DNA from: a virus | IMG/VR virus record: IMGVR_UViG_3300032282_005553 | Coordinates: 72,890 to 136,889 of that record | Length of the DNA: 64,000 nt | Strand: one strand, 5' to 3' | Shown: positions 30,947 to 40,865 of the stretch, piece by piece | Layout of the letters: every line of letters starts with the position of its first letter | Numbering within the stretch: the stretch's first letter is position 1 | The notes under the pieces: generated by a model | What the model saw: only the letters and a program-made list of their open reading frames with translations | What the model was told of the DNA's origin: nothing | Databases searched by the model: none | Position numbers and translations under genes: made by a program

Positions 30947-32574
30947 GATTGTGCGATGTACGCTTTTTCTACAACTAGCGAGTCACCGGATTTCGATCTA
31001 TTGCCTTTAACAATGATAACATTATTTTGAAATAGTATATTGCGATAGCTTCTATATTGTTCTGGAAAAAAAACTACAGAATCAAGAACGCCACTATTGT
31101 CTGTAAGAGTAACAAACGCCATCTCTAATCCTGGATTTTTTCCATTTTTAGTTTTTGTTACACTTATATTATCTACTTCGCCACATAAAATAATATTATC
31201 TCTAGTCATATTAGTTTTAAATTCTTTACATGTAGTATTTGTCATACTTATATCATACATATCAACTTTGGAACAAGTTATAGCACACCCCAATACCTCC
31301 TCTTCTGTATCAGAAATCCATTCTGGATTATCTTCTAGAGAATATGGAGGTTTTTTATATGCATTGATTAAATTTTGTATAATAGTTAATCTATTCTTGT
31401 TAAGTTTACCAACAGAAATTAAACCATTTATAGCTTGTAAAAAATTATCATAAAGATATATATTACATAATATAGTTCCAATTTCTTTCTTTGTTAACTC
31501 ATTTATAAGATTGAGTTCAAATAGCATACTGTTTCTGCTCTTTTTTAGATAAGATATCGCCCCGCTTTGGATAAGGGCTTTAGCTCCAATAGAATTAATG
31601 TCTGTAAGAACTAAAAACGCAAATTGAATCCAGTTCAATTGATCTAATTTAAGATCTTTTGTTTTGACTACTGATAAGAGTTTTTTGTAAACCGATCCAC
31701 CAAAACCTTTTATATCTGTTAGTCCAAAATAAATCTTATCATTTTTTAGTATAAAATATTCGTTCAAATTTTTAATGTCTGGTATTGTAACATCTATATC
31801 CATTTCGTTGGCATTTTGTATCAATTCTTTAATCTCGGCTTTTGGATCTATTTTATCTTTAGCGAACCTTAAGTATGAAGAAAAGAATATTTTTGGAAAG
31901 TGAGCTTTTGTGTAAGCAGATAGATATGCATTGATAGCATAACTTACAGCATGGGATTTATTAAAAGAATATCTTTGGCTTTTTTCAATCCATCCGAATA
32001 TTTGTTCGGCAACATCTTCTGATACAATCTTAAGTTCTTTTGCTCCATCAATAAACTTTAATTTTACTTTTGCCATCTCTTCTGGCTTTTTCTTTCCGAT
32101 AGCTTTTCTTAACATATCAGCTTCTTGCAGATTGAATCCTGCTATAGATTTTGCTATTTCCATAGCTTGTTCCTGATAAATCATTTCGCCGTAAGTTGAT
32201 TTAAGGATCAGTTCTAATGAAGGATGAAAATAGTCTATAGATTCTAGTCCATTTTTTTTATCAATATAATGATTTGTCACACTTTTTCCGTCTCTAATAG
32301 CTTCTAAACATCCAGGTCTTAAAATACTAATAAGAGCAGATAATTCTTCTATATTTGATGGTTTTAATTTTTTGGCAATTGATCTGCCTAGGCGACTTTC
32401 AAGTTGAAAACAACCTTTTGTATTACCATCAGATATCAAATCCCATGTTCTTTCGCATTCCAAATTTAGTTTTTCTATTTTTGGATCAAATGCTAATCGC
32501 ATACTGCTATCATCTGAGCCAGAATCCAATTTCTCAAAAGAGCATCCGCAAGAATATAAAAATTTTTGTGTCAT
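30943..32574 (-). CDS. dnaE: DNA polymerase III alpha, C-terminal half (fingers, HhH, OB)
   Basis: 'GCFQLES', 'TYGEMIYQEQAM', 'ADMLRKAIGKKK', 'YSFNKSHA', 'FGLTDIKGFG', 'MAFVTLTD'. Confidence 0.93.
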   Translation of the reverse strand: MTQKFLYSCGCSFEKLDSGSDDSSMRLAFDPKIEKLNLECERTWDLISDGNTKGCFQLESRLGRSIAKKLKPSNIEELSALISILRPGCLEAIRDGKSVTNHYIDKKNGLESIDYFHPSLELILKSTYGEMIYQEQAMEIAKSIAGFNLQEADMLRKAIGKKKPEEMAKVKLKFIDGAKELKIVSEDVAEQIFGWIEKSQRYSFNKSHAVSYAINAYLSAYTKAHFPKIFFSSYLRFAKDKIDPKAEIKELIQNANEMDIDVTIPDIKNLNEYFILKNDKIYFGLTDIKGFGGSVYKKLLSVVKTKDLKLDQLNWIQFAFLVLTDINSIGAKALIQSGAISYLKKSRNSMLFELNLINELTKKEIGTILCNIYLYDNFLQAINGLISVGKLNKNRLTIIQNLINAYKKPPYSLEDNPEWISDTEEEVLGCAITCSKVDMYDISMTNTTCKEFKTNMTRDNIILCGEVDNISVTKTKNGKNPGLEMAFVTLTDNSGVLDSVVFFPEQYRSYRNILFQNNVIIVKGNRSKSGDSLVVEKAYIAQS

Positions 32575-33269
32575 TATTTATTCAGTACAAAAGAGTCCTT
32601 AAATTTGATTTTTTGGGATAAATTTCTGTGCAATTTTAAAAATCTAATAAGAATTTCTGCACAATCTTTTACATCTTTTAGGGCGTCGTGTGCTCCTTCT
32701 TTATTTATTCCAAAATAGTCTCGTAATGTATCCAAAGTATAATTTTTAAGATCATTATTGTGTTCGAACCATAAGAAAACCAAGTTCATTATATCAACAA
32801 CATCTCTTGGGAAAAATACATCCGTAGTTCCCTCTTTATTTGTATTACCGTATTTTTTGCTTAATCTATCTATTATCTTTAGATCAAACCTATGTATATT
32901 ATACCCAGCAGCAATCGGAGCACTAAATTGACTTTTTTTAGATGATCTAGCGTGATACATTTCAAGATAGTTTATGAATAACTTCCAAGATTGTTCTTGC
33001 TGAGGATATTCTTTCCATTGATTTAATATATCATCCTTGGAGGAGCCTCTGACTTTGGCATGAAAGTCCAAAATATCTGTAGTATATGTATAGTTAATGT
33101 TTTTTTCTAAAGTTTCTGGCTTAAAAAAGATATTAAATTCCGACTTTGGTACAACTTCCAATTTAATGGGATCAATAATCACTGCCGCAATTTGAACAGG
33201 ACTACATTCTACTGGGTTTGATCCGTCTGTTTCAAAATCGAATACGCAAATCTTGTTATAGTTAATCAT
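32574..33269 (-). CDS. dnaQ: DEDDh 3'-5' exonuclease (Pol III epsilon-like)
   Basis: ExoI 'VFDFETDG', ExoII 'AGYNIHRFDL', ExoIII 'AHDALKD'. Confidence 0.88.
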   Translation of the reverse strand: MINYNKICVFDFETDGSNPVECSPVQIAAVIIDPIKLEVVPKSEFNIFFKPETLEKNINYTYTTDILDFHAKVRGSSKDDILNQWKEYPQQEQSWKLFINYLEMYHARSSKKSQFSAPIAAGYNIHRFDLKIIDRLSKKYGNTNKEGTTDVFFPRDVVDIMNLVFLWFEHNNDLKNYTLDTLRDYFGINKEGAHDALKDVKDCAEILIRFLKLHRNLSQKIKFKDSFVLNK

Positions 33270-33444
33270 TAACTTCTACTTCCGTAATTGGTGTGATCTG
33301 TATTTTTGTGCTAGGGTCTGTTACTTGCTTTGCATTATTTACTCTACAGCAACTAATTCTTTCATCGGGAATTTTTTCATATTCAATTCCGCCAGTAGTA
33401 AATTTATCGCCCACAGCTAAATCCATAAACTTTTTAAGACTCAT
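33262..33444 (-). CDS. Small hypothetical protein (60 aa) between the dnaE halves
   Basis: GGAG SD in the dnaE-N tail; overlaps the exonuclease start. Confidence 0.65.
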   Translation of the reverse strand: MSLKKFMDLAVGDKFTTGGIEYEKIPDERISCCRVNNAKQVTDPSTKIQITPITEVEVND

Positions 33445-33446
33445 AG

Positions 33447-35321
33447 TTATTCTCCATTCTTCAGTATGTCTTTTATGGTCATAATCTTATCAAGCATTGC
33501 TACGCCAAGAATATCGAACTTAATAACTCCGATACTCTCCAGATCTTGCATTTCCATACCAGCAATCAATTGTTCATTTTTTGAGTCATAAACCATAGGA
33601 CAAGTCTCCTTTAACGGCATTGAACTAATTGCTATACCGGCTGCGTGTTTTGACTGGTTAGACTTGGTGCCCTCTAATCTTATAGCCTGCTCAAATCTTT
33701 TGGCAAGCGGACCCTGTAATTCATTGTTTTCGTCTATAAAACACCATTCCTTAAGTTTGTCCGGATTATTCTCCAGAGCCCATCTGATTATAGATGCTTC
33801 GCCAGTTTCCTCTTTCATTTCTTGAAGTTCATCCGCTATCTTAGCTTCATCAGGTATGTTTTTTGTTATTTTATTCATTTCATCAAATGTAATATTTCCG
33901 TATACTCTTAATACATCTTTTAATGCACCTCTTCCTTTGATAGTATTAAAGGTTACCATTTGTGAAACTTTATCGTGTCCATATTTTTGTTTTATATATT
34001 CTATAATTAGTTCTCGCTTATTAATTGGAACGTCAACATCAATATCTGGCATAGATATATGATCTTTACTATTGCGTCCAGCATTATAAAATCTATCAAA
34101 CATCAGATTGTATCTTAATGGATCAATACTTGTGATACCTATTAAATATGACACTAAACAACCAGCCGCACTACCTCTCCCCGGTCCAGGTAACCAATTA
34201 TTGTGTCTGACATAGTTAACTATATCTTGAACAATTAAAAAGTAGCTAGATAATCCAGCCCCTTGCAAGACTTCTAGTTCGTACTTGATTCTATCGATGT
34301 ACGACTGTTGATCATCTTTTGGTATTGCATTGGCTATTTTTTCTCTCCACCCATCTCTACATAGTTGTCTTAGATATTCATCAGGATTGTATGAATCTGG
34401 GCATTCAAACGGAGGAAGATTAGGATTGCTCAAAATATTATATTCTTCACACATATCAGCAACTAAATTTGTATTTTCTATTTCTTCTTCTGTATGAAGG
34501 CTATTTATTTCTTCCTGAGATAGTATATGAAAGTTATCAGAGGTGAAAAAACAAGATAAAGGAACATCTTCTCCATTAGATATTTTTCTACTGATTTCTG
34601 GAAAAGTAGTTTTGATGTTATTGCATAATAGTATTCTTTGGTCATTAGAATCTTCTTTGCGACAATAATGAGCATCTGGTGTGCATATTACTTTGGTATT
34701 TGTAATCTTGCCCAGTTGTCTAATAACATCAGTAAGATCAACTTGAATAGGAGTATTATCTTTGTCCATCAATTGACTTTCCAAAAAAAAGTTTTCTGGT
34801 CCAAATATGTCTTTCATTTGTTTAATTAAATTAACACCTATTTTTTCCCAATCTTTGACCAATCCATCATTTTTAATAATTTTATCGGCTAAAACCGATC
34901 CTAGATGGCCACAAATCCCTATGAGATCACCGCCAGCAAATGCTGACAGAGCCTCAAAATTGAGCCTGGGCTTGTGATAATAAAAGTCTGGTCTGTTGGA
35001 CTCGGAGATCAGACGTATTAAATTTTTCCAGCCTTTGAGATTTTTGGCCAATACTATAAAATGACTTAGTTCTTTATTTTCTTTGCTTTGTATTGTTGGA
35101 TCATTATTACATATATATAGCTCACAACCTAAAATCGGTTTGATGCCTTTTGTTTTCATTTCTTTGTGAAATTTGATAGAGCCAGCAATATTTCCATGGT
35201 CGGTCAAGGCACAAGCCCTTGCATTAATTTCAACACACCTATCTGCGATTTGTGAAGGTTTAGATAGACCATCCAACAGACTAAACATCGAATGACAATG
35301 AAGAGGAACGTAATTTTTCAT
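33447..35321 (-). CDS. dnaE: DNA polymerase III alpha, N-terminal half (PHP + palm/thumb)
   Basis: 'LHCHSMFSLLDG', 'TDHG', 'GPGRGSAAG', 'PDIDVD', 'SKHAAG', 'KFDILG', then stop. Confidence 0.95.
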   Translation of the reverse strand: MKNYVPLHCHSMFSLLDGLSKPSQIADRCVEINARACALTDHGNIAGSIKFHKEMKTKGIKPILGCELYICNNDPTIQSKENKELSHFIVLAKNLKGWKNLIRLISESNRPDFYYHKPRLNFEALSAFAGGDLIGICGHLGSVLADKIIKNDGLVKDWEKIGVNLIKQMKDIFGPENFFLESQLMDKDNTPIQVDLTDVIRQLGKITNTKVICTPDAHYCRKEDSNDQRILLCNNIKTTFPEISRKISNGEDVPLSCFFTSDNFHILSQEEINSLHTEEEIENTNLVADMCEEYNILSNPNLPPFECPDSYNPDEYLRQLCRDGWREKIANAIPKDDQQSYIDRIKYELEVLQGAGLSSYFLIVQDIVNYVRHNNWLPGPGRGSAAGCLVSYLIGITSIDPLRYNLMFDRFYNAGRNSKDHISMPDIDVDVPINKRELIIEYIKQKYGHDKVSQMVTFNTIKGRGALKDVLRVYGNITFDEMNKITKNIPDEAKIADELQEMKEETGEASIIRWALENNPDKLKEWCFIDENNELQGPLAKRFEQAIRLEGTKSNQSKHAAGIAISSMPLKETCPMVYDSKNEQLIAGMEMQDLESIGVIKFDILGVAMLDKIMTIKDILKNGE

Positions 35322-36361
35322 TCTGTGCTTCCTGGCGCCTTGTATTTTCCTATAGCATACCCCGGTATGGTATACTCGTCAACCACCGTGTCTATACCTT
35401 TTATTTCTATATCGTGCTTAATTTGTTCACATTTCGTCATTAGTCTGTCAACTGGTGTTAGTTGATTATCTCTATATTCGCTTATAGGATGTATATGAGT
35501 GCTATCAAAAGTTGTTTTTCCAAAATGACATAATTTTGTACATTTCCAACTTTTATTTAGTTGTGGAATTTGTGTCTGTTTTATTATTTCAAATTTTTCT
35601 TTCAACATATTTTCTGTAGATATAAGATCGCTATCGTCATAGCATATTGTAAATGGGCCACCATCATTAATAAAATTTATAGTAATCATTACGTGCTTGA
35701 TATCAGGATACAGTTGACTTACGGCATAATGGTAAATTTTCAGCTGTGGATCTTTTTGTAATTTTTCTGGAGTTTTTTCTTCTCCAGTTGCCCAATCCAA
35801 TCTTCTACCAGTTTTCCAGTCTATTATCTCGATAGTGTTATCGTCTACTTTTGTAATTAAGTCTATGGTGCCTTTTATAGCTAAATTTCCTTCTAAAGTT
35901 TGTCCTTGATAATCGTATTTAAATTTTGCCCATTTTCTTTTTATCTCAATATCAAAGTGTTGTTCTGGTTGAAGTATATTTCTGTTTCTAGGATCAAACA
36001 TACCTCCGTTGTAGTCCAGTGCTTTATGAACCCAGGAATGACAATCTTTGTAATCTTTTAGTTCCCATTCATGGTGAGTAAATTGACTAGTATAATAATT
36101 ATATACTTTTTCAATAAGCGTATTAAGATTATATTTTTTAATGTTGATCGACCCAACAACATCGTCTACTATTTTAGTTTCGGAATTTTGTTCGGCTAAC
36201 TTGATGCACGCTAGGATCTCTAATACTTTGTGTACTATTGTTCCTTTATCAGCTTTTTTATTAGATGGCGATCTTATACCCAATACATATTCTATAAAGT
36301 ATTGTTGTGGACACATGCAATGCGTCCCATAAGAACTGCTTCTTAAGTATGTTATTATGAT
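35318..36361 (-). CDS. Cas4/RecB-like PD-(D/E)XK exonuclease
   Basis: 'CP', 'GTIVHKVLE', 'GTIDL...IIDWKTG', 'QLKIY', C-terminal Cys cluster. Start extended beyond the called ATG (36316) to include 'YLRSSS'; exact start uncertain. Confidence 0.8.
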   Translation of the reverse strand: MIITYLRSSSYGTHCMCPQQYFIEYVLGIRSPSNKKADKGTIVHKVLEILACIKLAEQNSETKIVDDVVGSINIKKYNLNTLIEKVYNYYTSQFTHHEWELKDYKDCHSWVHKALDYNGGMFDPRNRNILQPEQHFDIEIKRKWAKFKYDYQGQTLEGNLAIKGTIDLITKVDDNTIEIIDWKTGRRLDWATGEEKTPEKLQKDPQLKIYHYAVSQLYPDIKHVMITINFINDGGPFTICYDDSDLISTENMLKEKFEIIKQTQIPQLNKSWKCTKLCHFGKTTFDSTHIHPISEYRDNQLTPVDRLMTKCEQIKHDIEIKGIDTVVDEYTIPGYAIGKYKAPGSTE

Positions 36362-36996
36362 AGTATCATTCCTTTATTTTTAAGAAATTGAACAATAGCA
36401 TTGTTTCGCTCATCGATTCCTAGGCTCTCATTATCTATGACTAAATCAAAATTATTGGGATCATATCTTTCTGGATCCAATGCAATTTCGCTTAAATGGG
36501 TAGAATTAAACGGATTACGAGTTAGTCTAATTATAAAACCACCAGCATTGCGTATGGCCTCTAATTCATTTGGGAACCGACAATCAGCTATAATAGCAAA
36601 ATCTAGATTTTCATTCTTTATTTTTTTGATCGTGGCATTAGTCCATACTTGATTTAGCATTTTGCGAAAAATATCGGTACCAACAACTTGCATGACTTGT
36701 CTCGCTGTCATAAAACCGCTTGGATCATAATCTGGTTGTTCAGTATAGTTATTTTCGTATCCTACCACATTTTCCCATCTGATATTAGTCAATGAATTTT
36801 TTTGATCATCGTCGCCATAACATTGTTCTTCTGTTAATCCCAATATATTCATGCATATGTCTTGTTTTAACGGGTCTGCAAAATTATAGATTTTGGATGT
36901 GCCGGTTGTATACTGGGAAAATAAAGACTGCATGAATTGAGAACTAGTAGTTTTACCAGATTGTTTTCTTCCAGAAAATGCTATAATTAGTGTCAT
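36355..36996 (-). CDS. Deoxynucleoside monophosphate kinase
   Basis: 'SGRKQSGKT', 'FADPLK', 'TARQVMQVVGTDIFR', 'DCRFPNE', 'HLSE'. Confidence 0.88.
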   Translation of the reverse strand: MTLIIAFSGRKQSGKTTSSQFMQSLFSQYTTGTSKIYNFADPLKQDICMNILGLTEEQCYGDDDQKNSLTNIRWENVVGYENNYTEQPDYDPSGFMTARQVMQVVGTDIFRKMLNQVWTNATIKKIKNENLDFAIIADCRFPNELEAIRNAGGFIIRLTRNPFNSTHLSEIALDPERYDPNNFDLVIDNESLGIDERNNAIVQFLKNKGMILS

Positions 36997-38153
36997 ATTA
37001 TTTTTCCTAAGTACTCTTTGATTTCTTTATTTATTTCTTCTGTTGTCATATCAGCAATATCTGGTTTGGATATTTCTGGTATAAAAATTCTATATGTATT
37101 TTGGCATTTATTTTTTATCTGTTGTGCGGCTTTTTTGCCTGCCTCATCATTATCTGTTAATATAACTATATTCATCGCTCCGCTAGAATCAAGTATGATT
37201 TTTTGTCTATCGCTAAGTGAGGATCCAAAGATTGCTACGCTATTATGAATATTATTTTCTTCTAATTTCCACACGTTGCCGGGACTTTCAACAACAATAA
37301 CAGTATGATTTTTTAGTATATGTTCTTTTGCAAGCCAAAAATTATACAAATGATTTTGGCTTTTAAATTCGTGATTATGCTTCCACTTGGGGAACTTCCA
37401 TCTATCTGACTCATTGGGGCATTTGGTTGTAGGGTTGTGAAAACATCCACATTGTGTACATTTTTCAAAAATGGATCTGCCAGTGCATCCGACAAGATAA
37501 TGATAATTGTTGTCGTATATTGGTGCAACTGCCCTGTTGTACATCTCCTTATCTACTCTATCACAAACTCCGACATCATATTTATCTAATATCTCTTTAG
37601 AAAAGCCTCTATTCATAAAGTAATCTGCTGGAATATTTAAAGATTTTCTAACCATCTCTCTTGTGATTAGAGATTTATTTTCTATTGGAATAGTTTTTTT
37701 TACATGATTAACTACATTTGCAAATAGAGCTTTATTTTTATCGGATTTAGATATTTTGATACTCTTTAAGTCTTTGTTTAAAAAAGATAAACAGTACTTT
37801 AGGGCTTCATCAAATGAGCAATTTTCATCACCAGCTTTTGACCAACCATATTTTTTACTAGATAAAACTCCTCTAACAAACCCTATTATTGATCCTTTAA
37901 AAAATTGTTCACAATTATGGGTTCTACATTTCCAGTTGCCTCTATATGTTTCACCTTGATGATATATATTTACTGCCGATTGGTTGTCTCCATTATGGAT
38001 TGGACAACACATTGATACCATCTTTGAAGACATAGAATATTCAATGTCCAAAGACTGCAATAATGATTCTATATTATCGCATAAATCATCACAAACTACT
38101 TTTAGTTTGGATTGATCAAGCGAAGGGGATTTCTTGTTCATTGTCCTTGTCAT
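36993..38153 (-). CDS. dnaG: DNA primase (CHC2 Zn finger + TOPRIM)
   Basis: 'CPIH...WKC...C', 'YFMNRGFS', 'VVES', 'TDNDEAG'. Confidence 0.85.
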   Translation of the reverse strand: MTRTMNKKSPSLDQSKLKVVCDDLCDNIESLLQSLDIEYSMSSKMVSMCCPIHNGDNQSAVNIYHQGETYRGNWKCRTHNCEQFFKGSIIGFVRGVLSSKKYGWSKAGDENCSFDEALKYCLSFLNKDLKSIKISKSDKNKALFANVVNHVKKTIPIENKSLITREMVRKSLNIPADYFMNRGFSKEILDKYDVGVCDRVDKEMYNRAVAPIYDNNYHYLVGCTGRSIFEKCTQCGCFHNPTTKCPNESDRWKFPKWKHNHEFKSQNHLYNFWLAKEHILKNHTVIVVESPGNVWKLEENNIHNSVAIFGSSLSDRQKIILDSSGAMNIVILTDNDEAGKKAAQQIKNKCQNTYRIFIPEISKPDIADMTTEEINKEIKEYLGKII

Positions 38154-39576
38154 CTACTATTTTAAATCCTTTATCAGATCCTGTTTTGTTATTTACTACA
38201 TCTAGACGCGTTCTTCCTTCTGTTATTTTTGCACACCAACCTTTCATGTAGCAATTAATATAATCATTATCGTCTAATCCTCCACCGTGGCGACTAATGA
38301 GTGGGACCAATTTTCTGTTACCGTTATTTGGTCCATCTTCTGCAATTTCTTCGTCACTCTTTCTTTTGAATATGGTAAAGTTGCTACACAGCCAAATGAT
38401 TCTATCTGAGCCAGAAGCGGTGTCTGTACTTTCTTTTGTAATCCCGTCTCTATTTAATTGTACGAAAGCTACAATAGGTACTTTATATCTTATTGCAAAA
38501 TTATGCAGACTTGTCATCATGAATCCAAGAACCTGGTATTCTTTCATATCTTGTGATATCCCAACACTATCCATAAGTTTTAAATAATCATAAAAAATTA
38601 CGCAGTCTTTTGCTGTGCCGTCATCATTTAATCCAACTTCTTTAACTAGCCATCTTCTCATTATTGCCAATTGATCTTCGAAAGGTTTCCCCGCAATGCT
38701 TTTGTGATAAATCTGCATTGTTTTAACTGATGATACTGCTTCTGTTATTTTTGTTTTTTTGTCTATTGATTCAGAGAATCTGCCTGTCTCTATATCATTG
38801 ATCTCTATCTCTGTCATCATTGCCAATATTCTATTAATATGATCCTCTTTAGTCATCTCGGTATCCATATTTAGTATTGGTATACCAAGTTTAGCTATAT
38901 TTGTGCTCATATTATCTGATAATAATGTTTTGCCTGTTTTTGGTCGTGCGGCAATAACATTAACAGTTCCTTTTCTTAATCCTCCACCGATAGATTGATC
39001 ATATATCGGAAAACCAGTCGGTATACCAATTTGATCAACCTTGTTAGTTTCTAGATTTTTTATGTAATCATCTAGTGATTTGCCTATTTTTTCTGGAGAG
39101 TTATCGGTATCATTCAGTAACGAAGTGAAATTAAAAATACTATCTTCAGCTAATCCTATGATCGATGATATAGGCTCACTACCTGTTACATCCAGAATTT
39201 TATCTTGAGCTAATTCTAGTTGTTGTCTAAGTAATCTTGCTATTTCTAGTTTTCTTATCTTGGCAGCAAATTTTCTAACATTTTCTTGGCTAACAGGAAA
39301 ATCCATGATAGCTTTTAGGTGTTGTGCTTCTTCTTTCTTTAGCAGAACATGGTCCAGACTTAATTCTTTTGCAGCAGAATAGATCGAGGCTATGTCTATT
39401 GCATTATTTGTTCCAGATTCGCATATTCTTTTCAAGCACTTGAAAATAATAGAATTACTGTCGATTGTAAACGATGTCTCTTGAATAATATCTGCGACAT
39501 CATAATATGCCTCATCATTATAAGAGCATATACCAGCCAAAACTGCTCTTTCGGCAGCGGGATCACTTAGAATCAT
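38116..39576 (-). CDS. dnaB: Replicative DNA helicase
   Basis: 'AERAVLA', 'IPTGF', Walker A 'AARPKTGKT', 'DYLKLM', 'QLNR', 'RHGG'. Confidence 0.93.
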   Translation of the reverse strand: MILSDPAAERAVLAGICSYNDEAYYDVADIIQETSFTIDSNSIIFKCLKRICESGTNNAIDIASIYSAAKELSLDHVLLKKEEAQHLKAIMDFPVSQENVRKFAAKIRKLEIARLLRQQLELAQDKILDVTGSEPISSIIGLAEDSIFNFTSLLNDTDNSPEKIGKSLDDYIKNLETNKVDQIGIPTGFPIYDQSIGGGLRKGTVNVIAARPKTGKTLLSDNMSTNIAKLGIPILNMDTEMTKEDHINRILAMMTEIEINDIETGRFSESIDKKTKITEAVSSVKTMQIYHKSIAGKPFEDQLAIMRRWLVKEVGLNDDGTAKDCVIFYDYLKLMDSVGISQDMKEYQVLGFMMTSLHNFAIRYKVPIVAFVQLNRDGITKESTDTASGSDRIIWLCSNFTIFKRKSDEEIAEDGPNNGNRKLVPLISRHGGGLDDNDYINCYMKGWCAKITEGRTRLDVVNNKTGSDKGFKIVDDKDNEQEIPFA

Positions 39577-39579
39577 TTT

Positions 39580-39981
39580 TCATCCAGCGGAGGTAGAACA
39601 CTTGTTACATTTATATCTATCGACAGAATCCTGAATAAGTCCAGGACTCACTTCTTCACGCCTTCCACAAACCCTGCACACAACTTTGATCATGCTGAAC
39701 TTTCTTGCTCTAGGCACAGAAGGTTGAGTTCTAAGTTTTTTATCAATAATTGTATCCTCTTTATGAAGATTTTTTTCTGGCATTGAATTAAACTTGTTTG
39801 TATGTTTTTCTTTTTTGTGTCGTCTTTTTGTTTTAATAGATTTGACGACAAAGTCTTCATCATCAGTTTCTTGATGGTTATTCGTATCCGTATTCTCGAT
39901 TTGAGTTTTTTGTACAGAGGGAAGCATCCCTTGGAGCATCTGTATCATAGCCTGTATTTGTTCTGGTGTCAGATTATCCAT
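39580..39981 (-). CDS. Hypothetical protein with C-terminal Zn ribbon
   Basis: CRVC...CNKC; immediately upstream of dnaB. Confidence 0.6.
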   Translation of the reverse strand: MDNLTPEQIQAMIQMLQGMLPSVQKTQIENTDTNNHQETDDEDFVVKSIKTKRRHKKEKHTNKFNSMPEKNLHKEDTIIDKKLRTQPSVPRARKFSMIKVVCRVCGRREEVSPGLIQDSVDRYKCNKCSTSAG

Positions 39982-40465
39982 TTTTGATTACCTTTATTTT
40001 CTGTATAGACAATAAAATGTCTGATAAATTTTTGATACCATTAGCTAAATATGATAGTCTATCACTTCTTTGCTTAGCATACTTCTTGATTTTGTTTAAA
40101 GATATAGCTCTATCATTATGTTTTATCGCTTGATAAGATTTTTCAATATAGCCATACCCTTTATAATTATTTACTTCATCCGATATAACTTCTTTGATGG
40201 TCTCTTCGACCCAATTGTATCTTGCTATTTCTCTATTTATCGTTCGTTGAATATGAAAAGAAAATTGACCTAATCTATAAGATATTTGGGCACAATCTTC
40301 TGGAGTTAATTTTTCTAATTGATCTCTGCTCATGTGCAGATATTCATTTAATTCATTTTCTGGTAAACAATTGTTACTATACTTCGGTAGACCAAGTCCA
40401 TTCTCATATTCATCTAGAAGATTATCCCACTCATTAAGTTCTTCTTTAGACGTTTTGGTTGTCAT
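39974..40465 (-). CDS. Helical hypothetical protein (possible UvsY-like mediator)
   Basis: All-helical 163 aa two genes downstream of recA; function inferred from context only. Confidence 0.4.
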   Translation of the reverse strand: MTTKTSKEELNEWDNLLDEYENGLGLPKYSNNCLPENELNEYLHMSRDQLEKLTPEDCAQISYRLGQFSFHIQRTINREIARYNWVEETIKEVISDEVNNYKGYGYIEKSYQAIKHNDRAISLNKIKKYAKQRSDRLSYLANGIKNLSDILLSIQKIKVIKNG

Positions 40466-40865
40466 GTTCTATTCTTTCTTTCCATTGATCTGTGTTTTCA
40501 TTGTATGGTAATTCAACATATTTAATATTGTTTATTTCGCACCATTCTTGCTTTTCTCTGTCTCTTTTTTGAGACTTTAAGAAGTTCAATATCGTGCTAT
40601 GATAAAATGGAATAAATTTATAGTGCTGTTCTCCATGTACCTCTATACATACTTTTTTTAATGGTATGTAGAAATCTAAATATAGTGTTTCTCCTTTTCT
40701 CAATTGAATAGGAACTTCTTCCAAAATTTGCATTGTAGGATACAATTTATTAATCATGGATCTTGCTTGAAGATGAAAACTAGATTTATTTATTATTTTT
40801 CCTTTTGCAATGTGTCCTGTTAGTGTCCAGTTAACATTGTTCCCATCCAAGTCCTTGATTAGCAT
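40446..40865 (-). CDS. Vsr/DUF559-like endonuclease
   Basis: 'LYLDFYIP..KVCIEVHGEQH...RDREKQEWC..NNIKYVEL'. Confidence 0.75.
   Translation of the reverse strand: MLIKDLDGNNVNWTLTGHIAKGKIINKSSFHLQARSMINKLYPTMQILEEVPIQLRKGETLYLDFYIPLKKVCIEVHGEQHYKFIPFYHSTILNFLKSQKRDREKQEWCEINNIKYVELPYNENTDQWKERIEHDNQNV

Noticed and set aside
32574-33447. Split intein, group I intron or ribosomal bypass joining the dnaE halves
   Set aside because: No intein N- or C-terminal motifs; the ~870-nt interval is fully occupied by two coupled ORFs, leaving no room for an intron core and too long for a hop.
35318-36361. CRISPR-Cas locus suggested by the Cas4-like gene
   Set aside because: No repeat-spacer array or other cas genes; solo Cas4-like nucleases are common in phage replication modules.
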